A stretch of 55,882 nt of DNA, filler included, from Sphacelaria rigidula (lineage: Eukaryota): assembly GCA_964200075.2 (NCBI GenBank). It is 4 parts of 4 records of this genome, joined end to end, with 100 filler letters (N's around TTAATTAATTAA, not from the genome) between each part and the next. Parts side by side here need not be neighbours in the genome. Positions count along the whole stretch, not along the records: positions 27,993 to 41,887 come from CAXNAA020002602.1; positions 41,988 to 55,882 come from CAXNAA020002603.1; 2 more parts are not named here. The stretch is one strand, 5' to 3'. Positions 34,801 through 45,891 of the stretch are shown here, in pieces. Each line of letters begins with the position of its first letter. The stretch's first letter is position 1. The notes under the pieces were generated by a model. It had not been told where the DNA came from and ran no database searches. It saw nothing but the letters and a program-made list of their open reading frames with translations. The translations under genes and the position numbers were made by a program.

Positions 34801-36600
34801 CAACAAGGGACCTCGTCCCTTGGTTAGGTGACATCCAATGTTGAAGTGTAAAGTTGAAACATTGAGCAATCTTGTTCAGTAGCAATGGTAGCAGTGACAT
34901 TAGCAATGGGCAACAATAGCAGCAAATGAAGTAAGACGGGAACTTACGAATGACTTATCCTCCAAGTTGATATATTTCTCAACGTCTTCTACCCCTTCCC
35001 CCCCTCCCCTCCCGCTTGTACCCCAGACTACAGGCGACATATACAGCGGCACATGGATCGGTAACAAGAAGAATGGGCAAGGCATGTACCAGTTCGGGGC
35101 AGACGACAGTATGATGCAAGGGACATGGGTTGATGGCACCATCAGCGAGGGAGACTGGGTATTTAAGGTGAAAATGATCATATTTGCAGCCACCGACCAC
35201 ACGCACCATCGAAGCTAACCCTCGGGTTGTAAAGAACGTTCTTCAGTCATAGCTTGTTCATGACGCCCACGCAAAGTTGTGCACTTATCTTATTTAGCAA
35301 AAACATACCCCCTTCAAAACATTAGGGGCGACTCTTCCCTCGGAAAATCAACTTGACACGAAAATTTATCCACGAACGAAGACCCGTTCGGATTCTCGCC
35401 AGAGTTACAACACAATAGTCTTGCTGGTGGGTGACAGTACAACACAATAGCTAGGGAACTACAGGTGTCCAAATTCTGACGGGTTAGTAAATACCTTCAG
35501 GTGTGCACGGTATATAGATTCAAACGAGTTGTGGACATGGAACACGACTGCATGACCTCCAGTGCTCCGTCTCGGAAAGGATGCGTGGTGAATGGTCAAA
35601 CTAAGGCAAGCAACAAATGAGTACGACCCCCACCCACCCCCTCCCCTTCCCCCTAGTAACTCATTCGGGGCTGTCATCCATATGCAAAACAATCAGCACG
35701 CTTCGAGTCGAACAATACTAGCAGGGTGTAGCTCACCCTTTATGCAATTGCATGCAGGATCATGAGTACACCCACCTCCCCTTCACTCAGGCCGCCCCTA
35801 CTTCCACCCAATCGTCTTCTACACTCACTCATATACTCCATGAAATAAGCACCGTATTGCCTCTCCAAAAACATACACGTGGTATGTGGGACGGTACGGT
35901 GTGCACCGGAAGATTCGAGGGCGGGCGTCCGCGTGACAAAGTAATAGAGAGCGGAACTTATGTAGCAGAAGAATGTGAACTATCGAAGGAGGAACGGGGC
36001 GTGGTGGAGGGGCACATGCGGGACGTGAACGGAGGGTGCCATGGAACCGTTTGATGCAGTAGACAGTAGCGGGAACACGATGACTATCCTAGGAGATAGA
36101 TGATGGGCATAGGCGGTGAAACAGGGCGGGATAAGATGTGCAAACGGTATTTGTGTAACGTATGGAAGAAACGTAATGAGCACTGAAATGTTGGAGGTGT
36201 CTCTATCAGGAGTAGGAACGGTTCTCCGTCTCGAAAGGGATGCGCGGTCAATGGTCAAACGACTTGGGCAAACAACAAATGAGAACCCCCCCTCCCCCTC
36301 CTCCACCTCCCCTTCACCTGGGCCGTGCCTACTTCCACCCAATCGCTTCCTGCACTCACCCATACATCCCATGAAATAAGCACCGTATTGCCCCCGCGAA
36401 AACATGCATGCGGTATGTAGGACGGTACGGTTTACACCGGAAGATTCCAGGGCGGCCGGCCGGCGGGGGAAGGCACGTTCTCCTTCCAGAGCGGCATCAC
36501 GCAAAGCGGGCGATACGAGGTGGTGAAAGCGGAAGAAGATGCTGATGAGGATGAGCCGCCTGCACTCGTCTGGCGTGGCGAGAGCGTCGTTGCCTGCTGA
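31828..36600 (+). CDS. MORN-repeat protein, radial spoke head RSPH1/RSP10-like, 225 aa, 5 exons
   Basis: join(31828..31893,33270..33422,34448..34585,35027..35167,36421..36600). All introns are GT-AG, phase 0. MORN repeats include FEGVFNGERIKEGVGKYTW, FEGDYVDGKKSGHGKMTFPNGD, YTGAWKNNLMEGEGTYVY, YSGTWIGNKKNGQGMYQF and YTGRFQGGRPAGEGTFSF. Both termini are acidic. The MORN call is secure; the orthology is inferred. Confidence 0.92.
33615..33800 (+). repeat. Dispersed repeat, copy 1 (copy 2 at 39243-39428)
   Basis: TTCAGGGG...TGGGTCAGGACAT.CCCGTTT...CATTCGGGATATCC...GGCGT.CTCTCA...TTTTGGATG is shared. Confidence 0.7.
35563..35655 (+). mobile_element. Poly(C)-tailed LINE 3' end (MORN intron 4)
   Basis: GCTCCGTCTCGGAAAGGATGCGTGGTGAATGGTCAAACTAAGGCAAGCAACAAATGAGTACG followed by a decayed C tract. 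Confidence 0.8.
35772..35931 (+). pseudogene. Dead duplicate of the MORN intron-4 end and exon-5 start
   Basis: Aligns with 36303-36462 at offset 531 at both ends. The acceptor TATGTAG is mutated to TATGTGG. It translates DGTVCTGRFEGGRP versus DGTVYTGRFQGGRP. Confidence 0.88.
35926..36302 (+). mobile_element. 5'-truncated poly(C)-tailed LINE (longest copy in the window)
   Basis: Decayed frameshifted ORF ...IESGTYVAEECELSKEERGVVE..MRDV..MEPFDAVDSSGNTMTILGDR*W..AVKQ../DKMCKRYLCNVWKKRNEH*NVGGVSIRSRNGSPSRKGCAVNGQTTWANNK*, then GAAC and a C tract. The 3' 60-180 bp are repeated ~10 times in the window. Confidence 0.75.
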
Positions 36601-39242
36601 CTCAGCCAATACAAAAAACAATCGCTGATTTTTTTTAATTCTATTTTCTTGGGACGGCACCCCAGTCAATGGTGCTAGCTCGTGCTGTTTCTCAAACGCT
36701 TGAACCATGCATATAGAAGATAACACAAATATATGCGATAGTGCGTTGTCGCCCGACTCGTGTAATATCGCCAGCTGCGTTCAAAGTATTATTCAATGGG
36801 TTGATCGCGTATGTATACTTGAAACCGATACAAAATTATACCGCAAAACCTTATCGCATGGCATGTGAGATGTTGCGTGGTAGCCTTCGAGTACCCTCAT
36901 TCATCTACACGGCCGTATTTTTACGTCTTGGATATTTGTCCGTGTATTCCTTCCTGCCTGTATATATTTACCTATATGCTGCTGTCGCGGTCACAGTCAC
37001 TGAAGTAATTACCGTTTCGCAGTTAGCAGTTAAGTTTTCCGCAGGACGTATGCAGTACAAAAGCAGCGTAGTCGATACTACACACAACAACGAGAAGGCG
37101 ACATAGATGAAGACGAGTGATCTGTCCGACGCAGCTGTCGGGTAAACGGACTCGCGTTTGGGAGGTGATTTCCTCGACTCCCTGCCAACCACTCAACTAC
37201 AACAGTAAAACCGCGACACCCGCAGAAAAGTAAGCGAAAATGTTGGAATTTATCGCCTGACACTCTGTGCATGTGAAGTTGCCTAAGTGGCGGTCTATTC
37301 GCAGCAAACCCCAAACAACAAGCGCGTGCGTGCTACGCGACGCTGGCGCTGCGTAGAAAGCTCCTTTAAAACCTGACAGAAGTCGTCAACCGACAAGACA
37401 CGAGTCAAACAACGCTAATGGTGTTTGAGCATGTTTGATCCAGATCGCGGTGTTCTCGTATGATCGCGTGACAAGACGCAGCGAAACAAATTTAATTCTT
37501 CAAAATATGTCCGCAAAATATCTGGAATCATCAAGACGCAGAAACCCAATCTCCATTGCTTTGCCTCTCGTGAATACACTGTTTTGTTTTCGAGAAGACG
37601 ATTTTCCCTCATTATCGTTCATCTTTCCAGATATCCGTACGAGTCGATGATCGTGTGAGAGTGTAAGGAAAATTCCGGAGGTGATGAACTTTCATCATGG
37701 TTCCCTCACATTAGGTGTATCCTTTCACATGCAGTGCTCCTCTCTCGTACACCGTACTCCTGAATCATTCCCACCAGTTTGGCGAACGCAGGCCTCGGGA
37801 GATACTTCGGAAAGACATCTGCGAGCTTGTTTCCGCCGTTCACGTAGTGTGGTGAAAATTGACCGTTTTAAAACGACTACATACTTGACTTTGAAGCCGC
37901 CCTGTCCATCTCAACGTAACCGTTGAATGGTCACCCATGGACCGCTAGGGTGGGTGTCATCGGCATCAATCTCGCATCCATTCTCGAGTGAAAATGATGC
38001 TGGATAAACAGATGACGCTCCGTCAAGGTCAAACGTTCAACAGCGAGGGTTAGCAGCAACAAGGGACGTTATTTATTATCCTCACTCTTTACGTCAAAAC
38101 ACAGAGACTACCCGTTGGAGAGTCGTCGGCCGTGTGAACTTTACGTGTCACCAAATGCTAGCATACTTTTCATATATACCCAGCCATGCGGACAACGATG
38201 GATCCGTTCGCTCCATGACTATATTCTAACCTCATCATCAACCGGGTAGAAAGCTCTTCGTATCTTGGAACACTGTTCTATCCAGAATATATTCCGTGGA
38301 AACTATTTTGTGCCTCGAGATACAGACGCGTCCAGAAAACTATGCATATCTAATCTGAAATCCCTGAAGGTCCGATCTCCATCACGTGATTTCTTCATGG
38401 CTGCCCAAACACCGTCCACACAGACTGTTTTCATCTTAGTATTTGGGCAGTGTTTGTTCAGCCAATTTCTACAGGCTACAGGTAAACAGTGGCCACTCAC
38501 GCACGGAACATCAAGGCGCTATCGCTACGCTAGAACCACGGACCTAAGGATATGCGAAAGAGTATCGATCTACGGGTCGTCGCAAGATCAAGAAGCCTGT
38601 AATAATACGTGAAATAACCATATCCTTTCGTGGGTATGCCGTACCCCCTCAACGCCTAATTATGGCATACGGTATTAGAACAACTGAAATCCGAAACAAT
38701 TTACAAAAACAAAAAAATGAATGACAAAATGAACAAAAATATGGCTGGATTTATCAGAAATCAGTCGACAATATAAAACAGCCCGTCGATCCATCAAACA
38801 ATCAATATTTGTTGCGCACGGTGCCGTGCAAAACCGGGTAAAACTACGAGGACTATTTATTATGCCTTTTAGTGCCTTTGTGTACGACACACTTGCGATG
38901 TGAGCCCTGTAGTCAACTTCGAATTCCTTTGAAATTGACAGCGCGCTGTGCCCCGAAAAAGGCTGTTTTGTTTTGTTCTTGCAAAGTGCGTACGTATGTG
39001 CTCTTCAAAATCAAATGAGCAGGGAGGCGTCCGTCAAACTACGATGGCAACAAATATATGGGAGTCATGCTACGGCAGGGGTTACACTTTTGGGCCCAGA
39101 TATTCTCCATCCAGAGTGGTTCTACAGTAGGGGGCGCGCAATTTTTCCAAGGTTCTGCATTTTCGGAGCCTCTTGATGGGTCTTCGTTTGCAGCCTCGGA
39201 AACGTTTTGGATCCAATAGTGCACTCCTACCGTAGAATCACT

Positions 39243-39428
39243 CTTCAGGGGTTCCTAAATTTAGGAGCACACAAGAGTATGGGTCAGGACATTCCCGTTT
39301 TGAAGGCTCATTCGGGATATCCTTAGCCCAGTAGAAAGATAACTGTGGCGTGCTCTCAATATGTCATAAGTCGGTTTTTGGATGCTGAAATAGGGGGCTC
39401 CAAGCAATTCAAACCCTAGTTGATATTT
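39243..39428 (+). repeat. Dispersed repeat, copy 2 (see 33615-33800)
   Basis: Direct similarity to 33615-33800. Confidence 0.7.
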
Positions 39429-39762
39429 GTTCATTCCTAAAAATATTTTCGTGAAATTGAGAGTCTAGGATACGGGTGAGAGTAAGAAGCGGTCATTTGA
39501 TAAATTTCGGTTCCAAAAATATCCTTCCGGGCCTTATACGAGGCCCGATACGCTTCACGTAGTGGCTTACCACTGAAGCTTTTGATATCCCCGGGTAGGA
39601 TATCGACGTGTTGCTGTATGCACACGACAGTGTTATATAGGCAAAGAAAAGCGCGCACATACAACGGGATAGAAAAATGTCGAGTTGGAGCGAACAATAA
39701 AACTGCCTCTCACTTAACGCCAGATATCATAATCTTACATAACCTTACGAAAACATTGTTGC

Positions 39763-40250
39763 CTGCCGTGGCGGGACCCCTACATATTCTGGAACGGCCA
39801 CCTTTAGACTACATTTTTCTATCGCGATAGTATCGCGACAATATCGAGATAGAAAAAAAAAAAATCTCTATCGCAATGATACCGCGATAGGGAAATTTGG
39901 CTCGGATAGCATCGCGATAGCATCGCGATAGAGAGAAATTGCATTTTTTTATCGCGATACTATATATCTGCCACAGGATCACACAGTTTCTTGCAACGAC
40001 CACTGGCGACATTAAACATTTTCACGAGGAAATATGTAGGACCAGACAATTTACCTTAACTTGATTTTCTCTGGTCGTAAACGATGCTATCGCAATGCCA
40101 ATCCTGGCCATTTCTGTCCATCGCGATAGAGAGCATCGCGGTAGGAAATTTTGTCTTTCTTTATATCGCGATACTATCGCGATACCACTTTTAGGGTCAA
40201 ATAGGCCTAAATAGACAGTTCCAGAATATGTGGTATACTGGCCGTGGCAG
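39763..40250. mobile_element. TIR element/MITE with TATCGCGATA subterminal motifs
   Basis: Imperfect terminal inverted repeats with a 14-bp perfect core, ACATATTCTGGAAC (39782-39795) and GTTCCAGAATATGT (40218-40231). About a dozen (T/C)ATCGCGATA-like palindromes cluster inside both ends. Confidence 0.7.
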
Positions 40251-40519
40251 CGCCACTCATGAATAAAGGTTAAATCGATCGATACGAAAAAACTGTACCC
40301 GGATAGACAACACTTTCAGGTTACCTGGCAATTCTGTTTTTGCTGTCTCAGACGGTAACTGCATAGAGCCTATGGTGTTATTTTATATTCGGTACTAGTA
40401 CCTGTAGTCATAGAAAAATACCGTAAAATGTAAGGCCTGACCCGTGCAGTGTTGCAAACTGATATTCGAGCAGCATCGTCCTACCTGCCGCGTGCTAACG
40501 CCTTGATCACGAGCCTTGA

Positions 40520-40556
<37 letters not shown>

Positions 40557-40961
40557 ACCCAAACACAAACACCAACCAAAAAAAAAAAAACAACGACAAC
40601 CGGTCAGCCTGATCNNNNNNNNNNATTTGCCCGCCCGGCTCCCCCCCCCCCCCCGCGCCCACCCCCCCACCACGCGCCCTTCTACCCCCCCCCCCCCCCC
40701 CCCCCCTACCCCGAAAAACAAAACAGCCCAAAACTGTCACGAGAAAAATGATCATGCGCCTGATGTTCGGCTTTGCAGGCTCCATGAAGCGCCTCATGTG
40801 GGCGAACTGGCGAAAACGAACCGAAGCGTGGGAATTCCCAGCTGCTCGTCGTGCTCGTTTTTTTTCATTCTGATTCACATGTAGATCTTCTTGCCCCCCC
40901 AAGCCAGCCAATTTTTCTGGGGGGGGGTCTATCGTAGAGAGAAAGTGTGATACAATATGTA

Positions 40962-41393
40962 ACACGGGGTTTTACAAATTGGGGATGGATCTTTTACTGG
41001 GGATGAAAACCCGGAGGGTTAAAATCTTCGCACCACCCACACCAAATCTTCGAAGCATGCGTCCACTTCTTCACTTGCTGGTAGCTATTGACAACTACTA
41101 CGCGCCATACAAATTTGGATTTTGATAACCGAAATGACGGGGTCCTAGGTGAAAAACCAATTTTGGCGTCCGATCGGACACCTGAAATCCCCCAAACTAG
41201 TTCTTCACCTAGAATGTCGACACTTCGGTTATCGAAATCCAAATTTGTATGGCTTGTAGTAGTTGTCAATAGCTACCAGCAAGTGAAGAAATGGAAGCAT
41301 ACTTCGGAGATTTGGTGTGGATACGAATATTTTAATCCTCCGGGATTTTATCCCCAAATAAAAGATCCATCCCCAATTTCTAAAATCCCGTGT
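40962..41393. mobile_element. Foldback MITE with TA target duplication (Tc1/mariner-type)
   Basis: ~205-bp inverted arms: TA|ACACGGGGTTTTACAAATTGGGGATGGATCTTTTA ... TAAAAGATCCATCCCCAATTTCTAAAATCCCGTGT|TA. The mirror-image ORFs MTTTT.HTNLDFDNR on both strands confirm the symmetry. Confidence 0.9.
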
Positions 41394-41849
41394 TATGTGA
41401 AGATGTTCAGACACTTCCATCCGGCAGCTAAAACAATATTGATGGGTGGTCTCAGTATCACGACTTGCACTTCGTCTCCGTCGGCAGAGACTATCATAAA
41501 TGTACCTTGATCATTCACGCGTGACACGCGTGACACGGTGAAGTTTCCAAAGCGTGTAGTCGCAGCAGCAGGAGGGGGAGGAGGAGAAGGAGTAAGAATG
41601 GCCAGAATGGGGTACACCTTCTGATTTCCTGCCAGTTGACGATACATACAGCGAGGTTTTTTCACGGTGCGTGCACATCAAACGGACGGAGTTGGTTTTT
41701 GACCCTCGATACTTAATTCGTTTTCTTCGCCGGGTGCGCGCATTCGTTCCTTCAGCACTGCCTTTCCTCGTGTACCACAGGTGACGTGTGATGAAAGTGG
41801 ACGAAGAAAACAAGCGAGTTGGTTCTTCGGAAAGCTAGTACAAAAGTTC

Positions 41850-41887
41850 GGGGGGGGGGGCGTACTCATTTGTTGCTTGCCTTAGTC
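41850..41887 (-). mobile_element. Poly(C)-tailed LINE 3' end
   Basis: G run + CGTACTCATTTGTTGCTTGCCTTAGTC running into the gap. Confidence 0.8.
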
Positions 41888-41987
41888 NNNNNNNNNNNNN
41901 NNNNNNNNNNNNNNNNNNNNNNNNNNNNNNNTTAATTAATTAANNNNNNNNNNNNNNNNNNNNNNNNNNNNNNNNNNNNNNNNNNNN
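41888..41987. other. Artificial contig linker
   Basis: 44 N + TTAATTAATTAA + 44 N. Confidence 0.95.
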
Positions 41988-42118
41988 GCAAAGCGAATTG
42001 AATCAATTCCGCCGCACGAACTCGTTCGAGTCGGAAAAAAATTGATAAGACACCGCCTCATCAAATTTTATTCGATTCGAACGAGATCGTGCGGCGGAAC
42101 TGATTCAGTTCGCTTTGC
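41988..42118. repeat. 131-bp hairpin (46-bp arms)
   Basis: GCAAAGCGAATTGAATCAATTCCGCCGCACGAACTCGTTCGAGTCG pairs with CGATTCGAACGAGATCGTGCGGCGGAACTGATTCAGTTCGCTTTGC. A diverged partial copy lies at ~42850-42915. Confidence 0.85.
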
Positions 42119-43342
42119 TACGAGTATGTTTGGGTCCGAGCGAATTTGCACGCTTTGAATCGAAAAGGCTAAGCGAAATTCATGAAGCGGTACTTCTTTT
42201 CTTATATTCAATAGACAGTACAGTACCAACGGTACAGACCGTACAGCCGTGGCTGCCTGTACTGTCTGGATCGTGTGTTTGTTTTGCACAGAATGCAGGC
42301 GCGATGTGGATAAGAAGCGGGCAACGCGACATACAGAGAGCACAGCTTCCTCACTGCATACAGGAGAATTCAAGTCATATTTAAACCACGTGCAGTTTTG
42401 CACCGCCTCTACTGTCCATGAGCGCGTTGGCAATTCGATCGCCCACCCCAACACGCAACTCTGTCGGTGCACCCTGCCACAAAATTATATGCCCAAGTTT
42501 TCGCCAACAACAAGGAGACACATCGTGCCAAAAAGTGGTGGTGTCGCTCACATATCACTGCAGTGTATCGACCCCTGTGCTCAGTTCGTGATCCATGCCG
42601 CAGGTTTGAGTAGGTAGCTGCGAATGAACCATTTGGGTTTTGCGTAGTTCTGTGAAACGGTGGTATCTGGCACAGGTGTCTGCAACATAGGAGATACGTA
42701 TCCCTTCGTTCATTCCGCCGCTCGTTTCGCTCGAAAAGGCCAAGCTTTCCTGTTTTTGACCCTGCTCGTCGCGCGCAACTAATCATAAAATGGACTTGAA
42801 GCCATCTGAGAACATAAATGCCGTGGACGTATCTGATACGGCCTCGTAGCGACCAATTCGATTCGACCGCATGTTTTCGAGTCGGAAAAAAATGATGAGA
42901 CACAGCCTCGGTCGTATCTTCTCCTCTCAATCTCACGAAAACACTGTTTGGGCCCGTCCCTTCCCTCTATATGAGTACAAGAATTCAATAGTTTGTCCAC
43001 GAGCTTGTTTGTTCGTGCAGGCATGTTGATAGGTTTACTATACTGTGTACTGTCATATACACAGTACCAATGCCCTCAAACTTGGTGCTCATGATTGAAG
43101 TATCGCACCGGTTTGTGAGGATTTGTTTGACGGCATTGTGGCGCGCTGGCATTCTGCGTGAAATGCGCGTGCAAGTCGGAGCACTAGATCTCGGAAATGG
43201 CACCGGTTATAACTGGCCATTATAAATATAATGGTAAGGCAACTTCTTGTGTACCAAAACACCTCTATCGTGAAACGCGTTCCTGATAAATGACCAAAAA
43301 CCCACCTCTCATGTGATCAGAAAACGCGTTTTGCGATAAGAA

Positions 43343-43433
43343 TTTTTCTGATAACATTTTCCGACAGCCCAAAGTTATCAGAAAATCGTGATTTTCTGAT
43401 AATCTTGGGCTGTCGGAAAATGTTATTGAAAAA
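43343..43433. repeat. Near-perfect palindrome (~37-bp core arms, 2-nt loop)
   Basis: ATAACATTTTCCGACAGCCCAAAGTTATCAGAAAATC-GT-GATTTTCTGATAATCTTGGGCTGTCGGAAAATGTTAT. Confidence 0.85.
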
Positions 43434-43649
43434 GCGTTTGAACATACCTTACAGCCCATGACAGCACCTGTGAGGCTTGGCTGCTATCACTGCTGCTGTC
43501 GCTGGTGCTCGCGGGCATTCAGCGTGTTGCATCATTGTCCTTCGCTCGCCAGAAGCGTGGTGGCCCTTTACCCCATGAGAACAGCAGATTGTAGGGTCGA
43601 TGACGAGTGCTGTACAGACAGGACAGTCTATATGTAGTCCGTACAACAT

Positions 43650-44110
43650 TGTAGCTCAGTTCAGGTCTGTGCACGCAGCGTGTTGCGAACAGCCGTCGCA
43701 ATGCGTTACAGACTGCCCACGCACCCAAGCCTTATAGAGACAGGACCGGACTGACGGTACACACAAGACCACAAAAATAGGTAGCGCTACTACTGTAGTA
43801 TATCCAATGCATACAACACAACAGTACTGTCTGTACTGTTGTCCGTGCTGCCCGTACAATCGAGTACCACGGTGCAGTGAAATTGCAGCTTAGTTCAGGT
43901 CTGTGCATGCAGCGTCTTGCGAGCAGACGTCGCTTTGCAGTACAGGCTCCCTACGCACCGAAGCCTTGTAGATACACGACCGTAGTGAAACTGCACACAA
44001 GACTATGAAGAGTGCTACTGTTGTAGTACTACAGCCAATGCATTCCATACAGCATTGTCTGTACTGTTATCCGTGATGTCCGTACAATCGAGTACTACAG
44101 TGTAGCAGAA
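43650..44110. repeat. Diverged tandem duplication, 2 x ~234 bp
   Basis: Both units begin TG.AGCT.AGTTCAGGTCTGTGCA.GCAGCGT and end TGTCTGTACTGTT.TCCGTG.TG.CCGTACAATCGAGTAC.AC. Confidence 0.85.
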
Positions 44111-44502
44111 AAGCCCAACCGTCACTTGTACAGTCAGTTGGTACAGCAAGGCGGTGTTCTTATTGCTCGCCTTGCGTCACGCAGCCCACCATGTATTGCT
44201 CGGCCAATATATTACAATAGTACAGACAGACAGTGCGGACCGTACACCACGACACGACAGCAGAGTGTTGTGTCTCTCTCGCGCGCCCCAGAATTTGAAA
44301 GTATGCTCACACGCCTCGTAGAAAACGGTGAACAGTACTTTTCCAATGTTGAGATAGCGTCAATCACTTAAGAAGGGATACTTCAAAAAATTATGTTGAA
44401 AAACGTGCTGTTGAAAAAGGGCTTTTTATATTACGGGTTCTTGCATACATAAGAAGTAGCCTAATAATGGTAATGGTTGTATGAAAAAATTGTATAATGG
44501 TT

Positions 44503-45672
44503 TGGTGGTGGTGGTGGTGGTGGTGCTGTCTTTACATTAAAAGCTGTTCCGACCTTTGCGTGGTACATCCGTACTGGCCATCTGATGCGGACGCCTTCCG
44601 TGGTCACAGACTAGCGACCTCTAATAAGGTACAGTATGAGGAAATCAAACAAAACCAAAAAGACAAAAAGAGACCCAGAAAAAAGCTCACTAACGCGACA
44701 CAAGCAAAACAGGAAGAAAGAGGAAAAAGATAAAGAATACATACGGCTAACTTCAGAATATCCGGTGCCATTCGAACTTCAGGGGGTGGTGCCCGGCTTT
44801 CTCACTCGACGCGCGAGACCAAGTAGAAATGAACAAAGGGTCAGACTACGGGCGAAAGTCCAGGCCCAAAGAATATCATCCAAAGAACCAAGAATCGAAA
44901 GGTTCCATATGTTGACCTCTCGAGGCACAGCCATACGTACAAGCATACCAGGTGTATCAAGACAAGCCCTGCATGAAATAACGACACCCCTTATCGAGGG
45001 GGTTCGCCCCCCCCCCCCCCTTCTCTGGACCGTCGCCATTGCTGTGTTGGCTTCGTTGGTGTCCCGTCCAATCGCATGCAGTCGACTGGCCTCCTCTTCA
45101 TTTCTGTGCCATGAGGTCATGAACCTCTCCGCCCCCTGCAGCACTCCCGCGTGCCACGGCAACCCCCCCTCCCTATTCGCTGCTGAGAGCCATAGGACGC
45201 GGTCAATTCCAAATGTCTGGCGGTTGTTGTCCGTAGATCCGTCTGTGGCTCCGAAAACGTGGAGATCGTCTCTCAGGCACTTCAGCCAGTTTTGTTCCGG
45301 GCACCCTGGTCCTGGATCCTCCCCCCCGACTAGTGTTCCGAAAGCTATTCGCTTCGGTAGTCGTCCGTCCCGCGAACAGCAGTCGTCGTTGCCGGACGAT
45401 GGCTTCGGCACTCTGGCATCCGGTCTTCTTGAGAGCCTGTGCATACGAAAGCTATCGGTATGTGCCGCGCACTCGGCGGTACCCGATGACTCGCAGGAGG
45501 AGCCGGTAGTGTTCCTTTCTCAGCAAGTCGTCGTGTTCGCGGTGCGGGACCCACGTCATGCACCCGTAAAGTAGGGCCTCCATCTCCTCCGCTTTTAGCA
45601 GTCGGACCTTGAGTCTCCACGGTGCTTTCGGTCGGTCAAAGAGCTCCCGGGAGAACTTCTTGACGCAGGTTT
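44503..45672 (-). mobile_element. 5'-truncated RTE-clade LINE (ORF2 C-terminus, 3' UTR, (CAC)n tail)
   Basis: Minus strand: KKFSRELFDRPKAPWRLKVRLLKAEEMEALLYGCMTW..HYRLLLRVIGY..LSYAQALKKTGCQSAEAIVRQRRLLFAG / DGRLPKRIAFGTLVGG..PGCPEQNWLKCLRDDL. These are typical post-RT motifs of RTE elements. One stop and one frameshift. (GGT)n lies at 44503-44525. Confidence 0.9.
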
Positions 45673-45891
45673 CAAACCATTATTGAAGATTCCCGGCCTG
45701 CTTCATACAGCACACAGCTACAGACAGTACACAATATGCAGCACTGTCTGATTTTTTTTCGATAAAAAGTTGTAATGGGCCACTTTTTTCTTTTGAAATT
45801 CCAAGCCAGGTGCGCTATGGTTTTGCCCCTGAAAATCGTTCCAAATCCCACGTATTGTTTTAGCTCTTGTGAAGCTATATCGCGTAAAAAT

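Noticed and set aside
35890-36054. Alternative (mutually exclusive) terminal exon for the MORN gene
   Set aside because: The acceptor AG is mutated to GG and the frame runs into LINE sequence after 14 codons.
35980-36726. 248-aa minus-strand ORF
   Set aside because: It is antisense to MORN exon 5 and the LINE fragment, with no domain signal.
37106-37845. Possible first exons of the lactonase gene (MKTSDLSDAAVG|LANAGLGRYFGK...)
   Set aside because: The junction is phase-compatible, but the downstream donor is weak and there is no family similarity, so it cannot be linked to 48800.
44636-45574. 312-aa plus-strand ORF
   Set aside because: It is the antisense shadow of the RTE ORF2 and 3' UTR on the minus strand.
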